This document shows, one piece after another, positions 63,649-64,000 of a stretch of DNA of 64,000 nt (positions within the stretch are counted from its first letter, which is position 1; each line of letters starts with the position of its first letter). Source of the DNA: Planctomycetota bacterium (lineage in GTDB: Bacteria > Planctomycetota > UBA1135 > UBA2386). Both the position numbers and the translations under genes were made by a program. The notes below the pieces were generated by a model. The model was not told the DNA's origin. It was given only the letters and a program-made list of their open reading frames with translations, and searched no databases. The DNA is taken from positions 32,670 through 96,669 of the forward strand of contig JAEUHR010000017.1 in NCBI GenBank assembly GCA_016794425.1. The letters run 5' to 3'.

Positions 63649-64000
63649 GGCGCGTCCTCCGACGACGACTCGAGCGCCGCGGCTTCGCTCTGGCGCCGGA
63701 ACGCCGCCGCGTAGAGCCCGCGCTGCGCCGTCAGCGCGCCGTGGTCGCCGTGCTCGCGCACGCGGCCGCGCTCGAGCACGAGGATCAGGTCGGCGTCGGT
63801 CAGCACCGACAGGCGGTGCGAGGCGACCAGCAGCGTGCGGCCGCGGCGCTGCTCGGCGAGGCCGCGCAGGATCCGCCGCTCGGTGATCGGGTCGACCGCC
63901 GACAGCGTGTCGTCGAGCAGCAGGCCGGGCCGTTCGGTCAGCAGCGCGCGGGCCAGCGACACGCGCTGGCGCTGGCCGCCGGACAGCGTGACGCCGCGTT
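63645..64000 (-). CDS. ABC exporter permease/ATPase subunit (heterodimer partner 1); only the C-terminal NBD fragment is in the window
   Basis: Reverse-strand reading from the right edge gives ...GVTLSGGQRQRVSLARALLTERPGLLLDDTLSAVD...LLVASHRLS (signature, Walker B, H-loop). The track lists only 63645..63962 because the true start lies beyond the window. Confidence 0.85.
   Translation of the reverse strand, partial: RGVTLSGGQRQRVSLARALLTERPGLLLDDTLSAVDPITERRILRGLAEQRRGRTLLVASHRLSVLTDADLILVLERGRVREHGDHGALTAQRGLYAAAFRRQSEAAALESSSEDAP

Overview
This is a very GC-rich bacterial chromosomal segment, well above 70% GC by eye. I recognised no rRNA, tRNA, CRISPR array, transposase or integrase. High third-position GC makes the six-frame track full of long Arg/Ala/Pro-rich shadow ORFs, up to 2777 aa. 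The real genes are usually the C-terminal parts of listed ORFs, several start with GTG, and one (1..2672, minus) is missing from the track because it runs off the left edge. I call about 42 CDS.

Housekeeping genes:
- topB and recQ.
- A co-directional minus-strand string: maf, an acetolactate-decarboxylase-like gene, typA, an sbtA-like permease, purE, purK, rnc.
- A di-haem cytochrome c peroxidase.
- An ABC exporter pair.

The envelope and secreted accessory complement is large:
- An ELWxxDGT-repeat protein.
- Two FG-GAP/VCBS proteins.
- A beta-helix/PA14 protein.
- A translationally coupled pair of ~1200-aa DUF3857/transglutaminase-like proteins, one with the catalytic Cys and one with Ala at that position.
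- A Ser/Thr kinase followed by an ECF sigma factor and four exported proteins.
- A kinase-Ig-FGE fusion.
- A caspase-like lipoprotein beside an AsmA-like protein.
- A split Tm-1-like operon (TIM barrel, UPF0261, alpha/beta hydrolase).
- A ThuA-like gene facing a 1326-aa SGNH/dehydrogenase/HEAT/cupredoxin protein.
- A Lys/Glu-rich HExxH protein.

The gene content (PVC-type dehydrogenase, kinase-ECF pairing, DUF1570-like HExxH protein, weak Shine-Dalgarno signals) suggests Planctomycetota, or possibly Myxococcota. That is inference only.

No single obvious new system such as a defence island stands out. The most checkable novelties are the enzyme/pseudo-enzyme transglutaminase pair, the kinase-ECF envelope cluster, the kinase-Ig-FGE receptor, the sbtA-like/purEK coupling, and the cupredoxin-terminated dehydrogenase.
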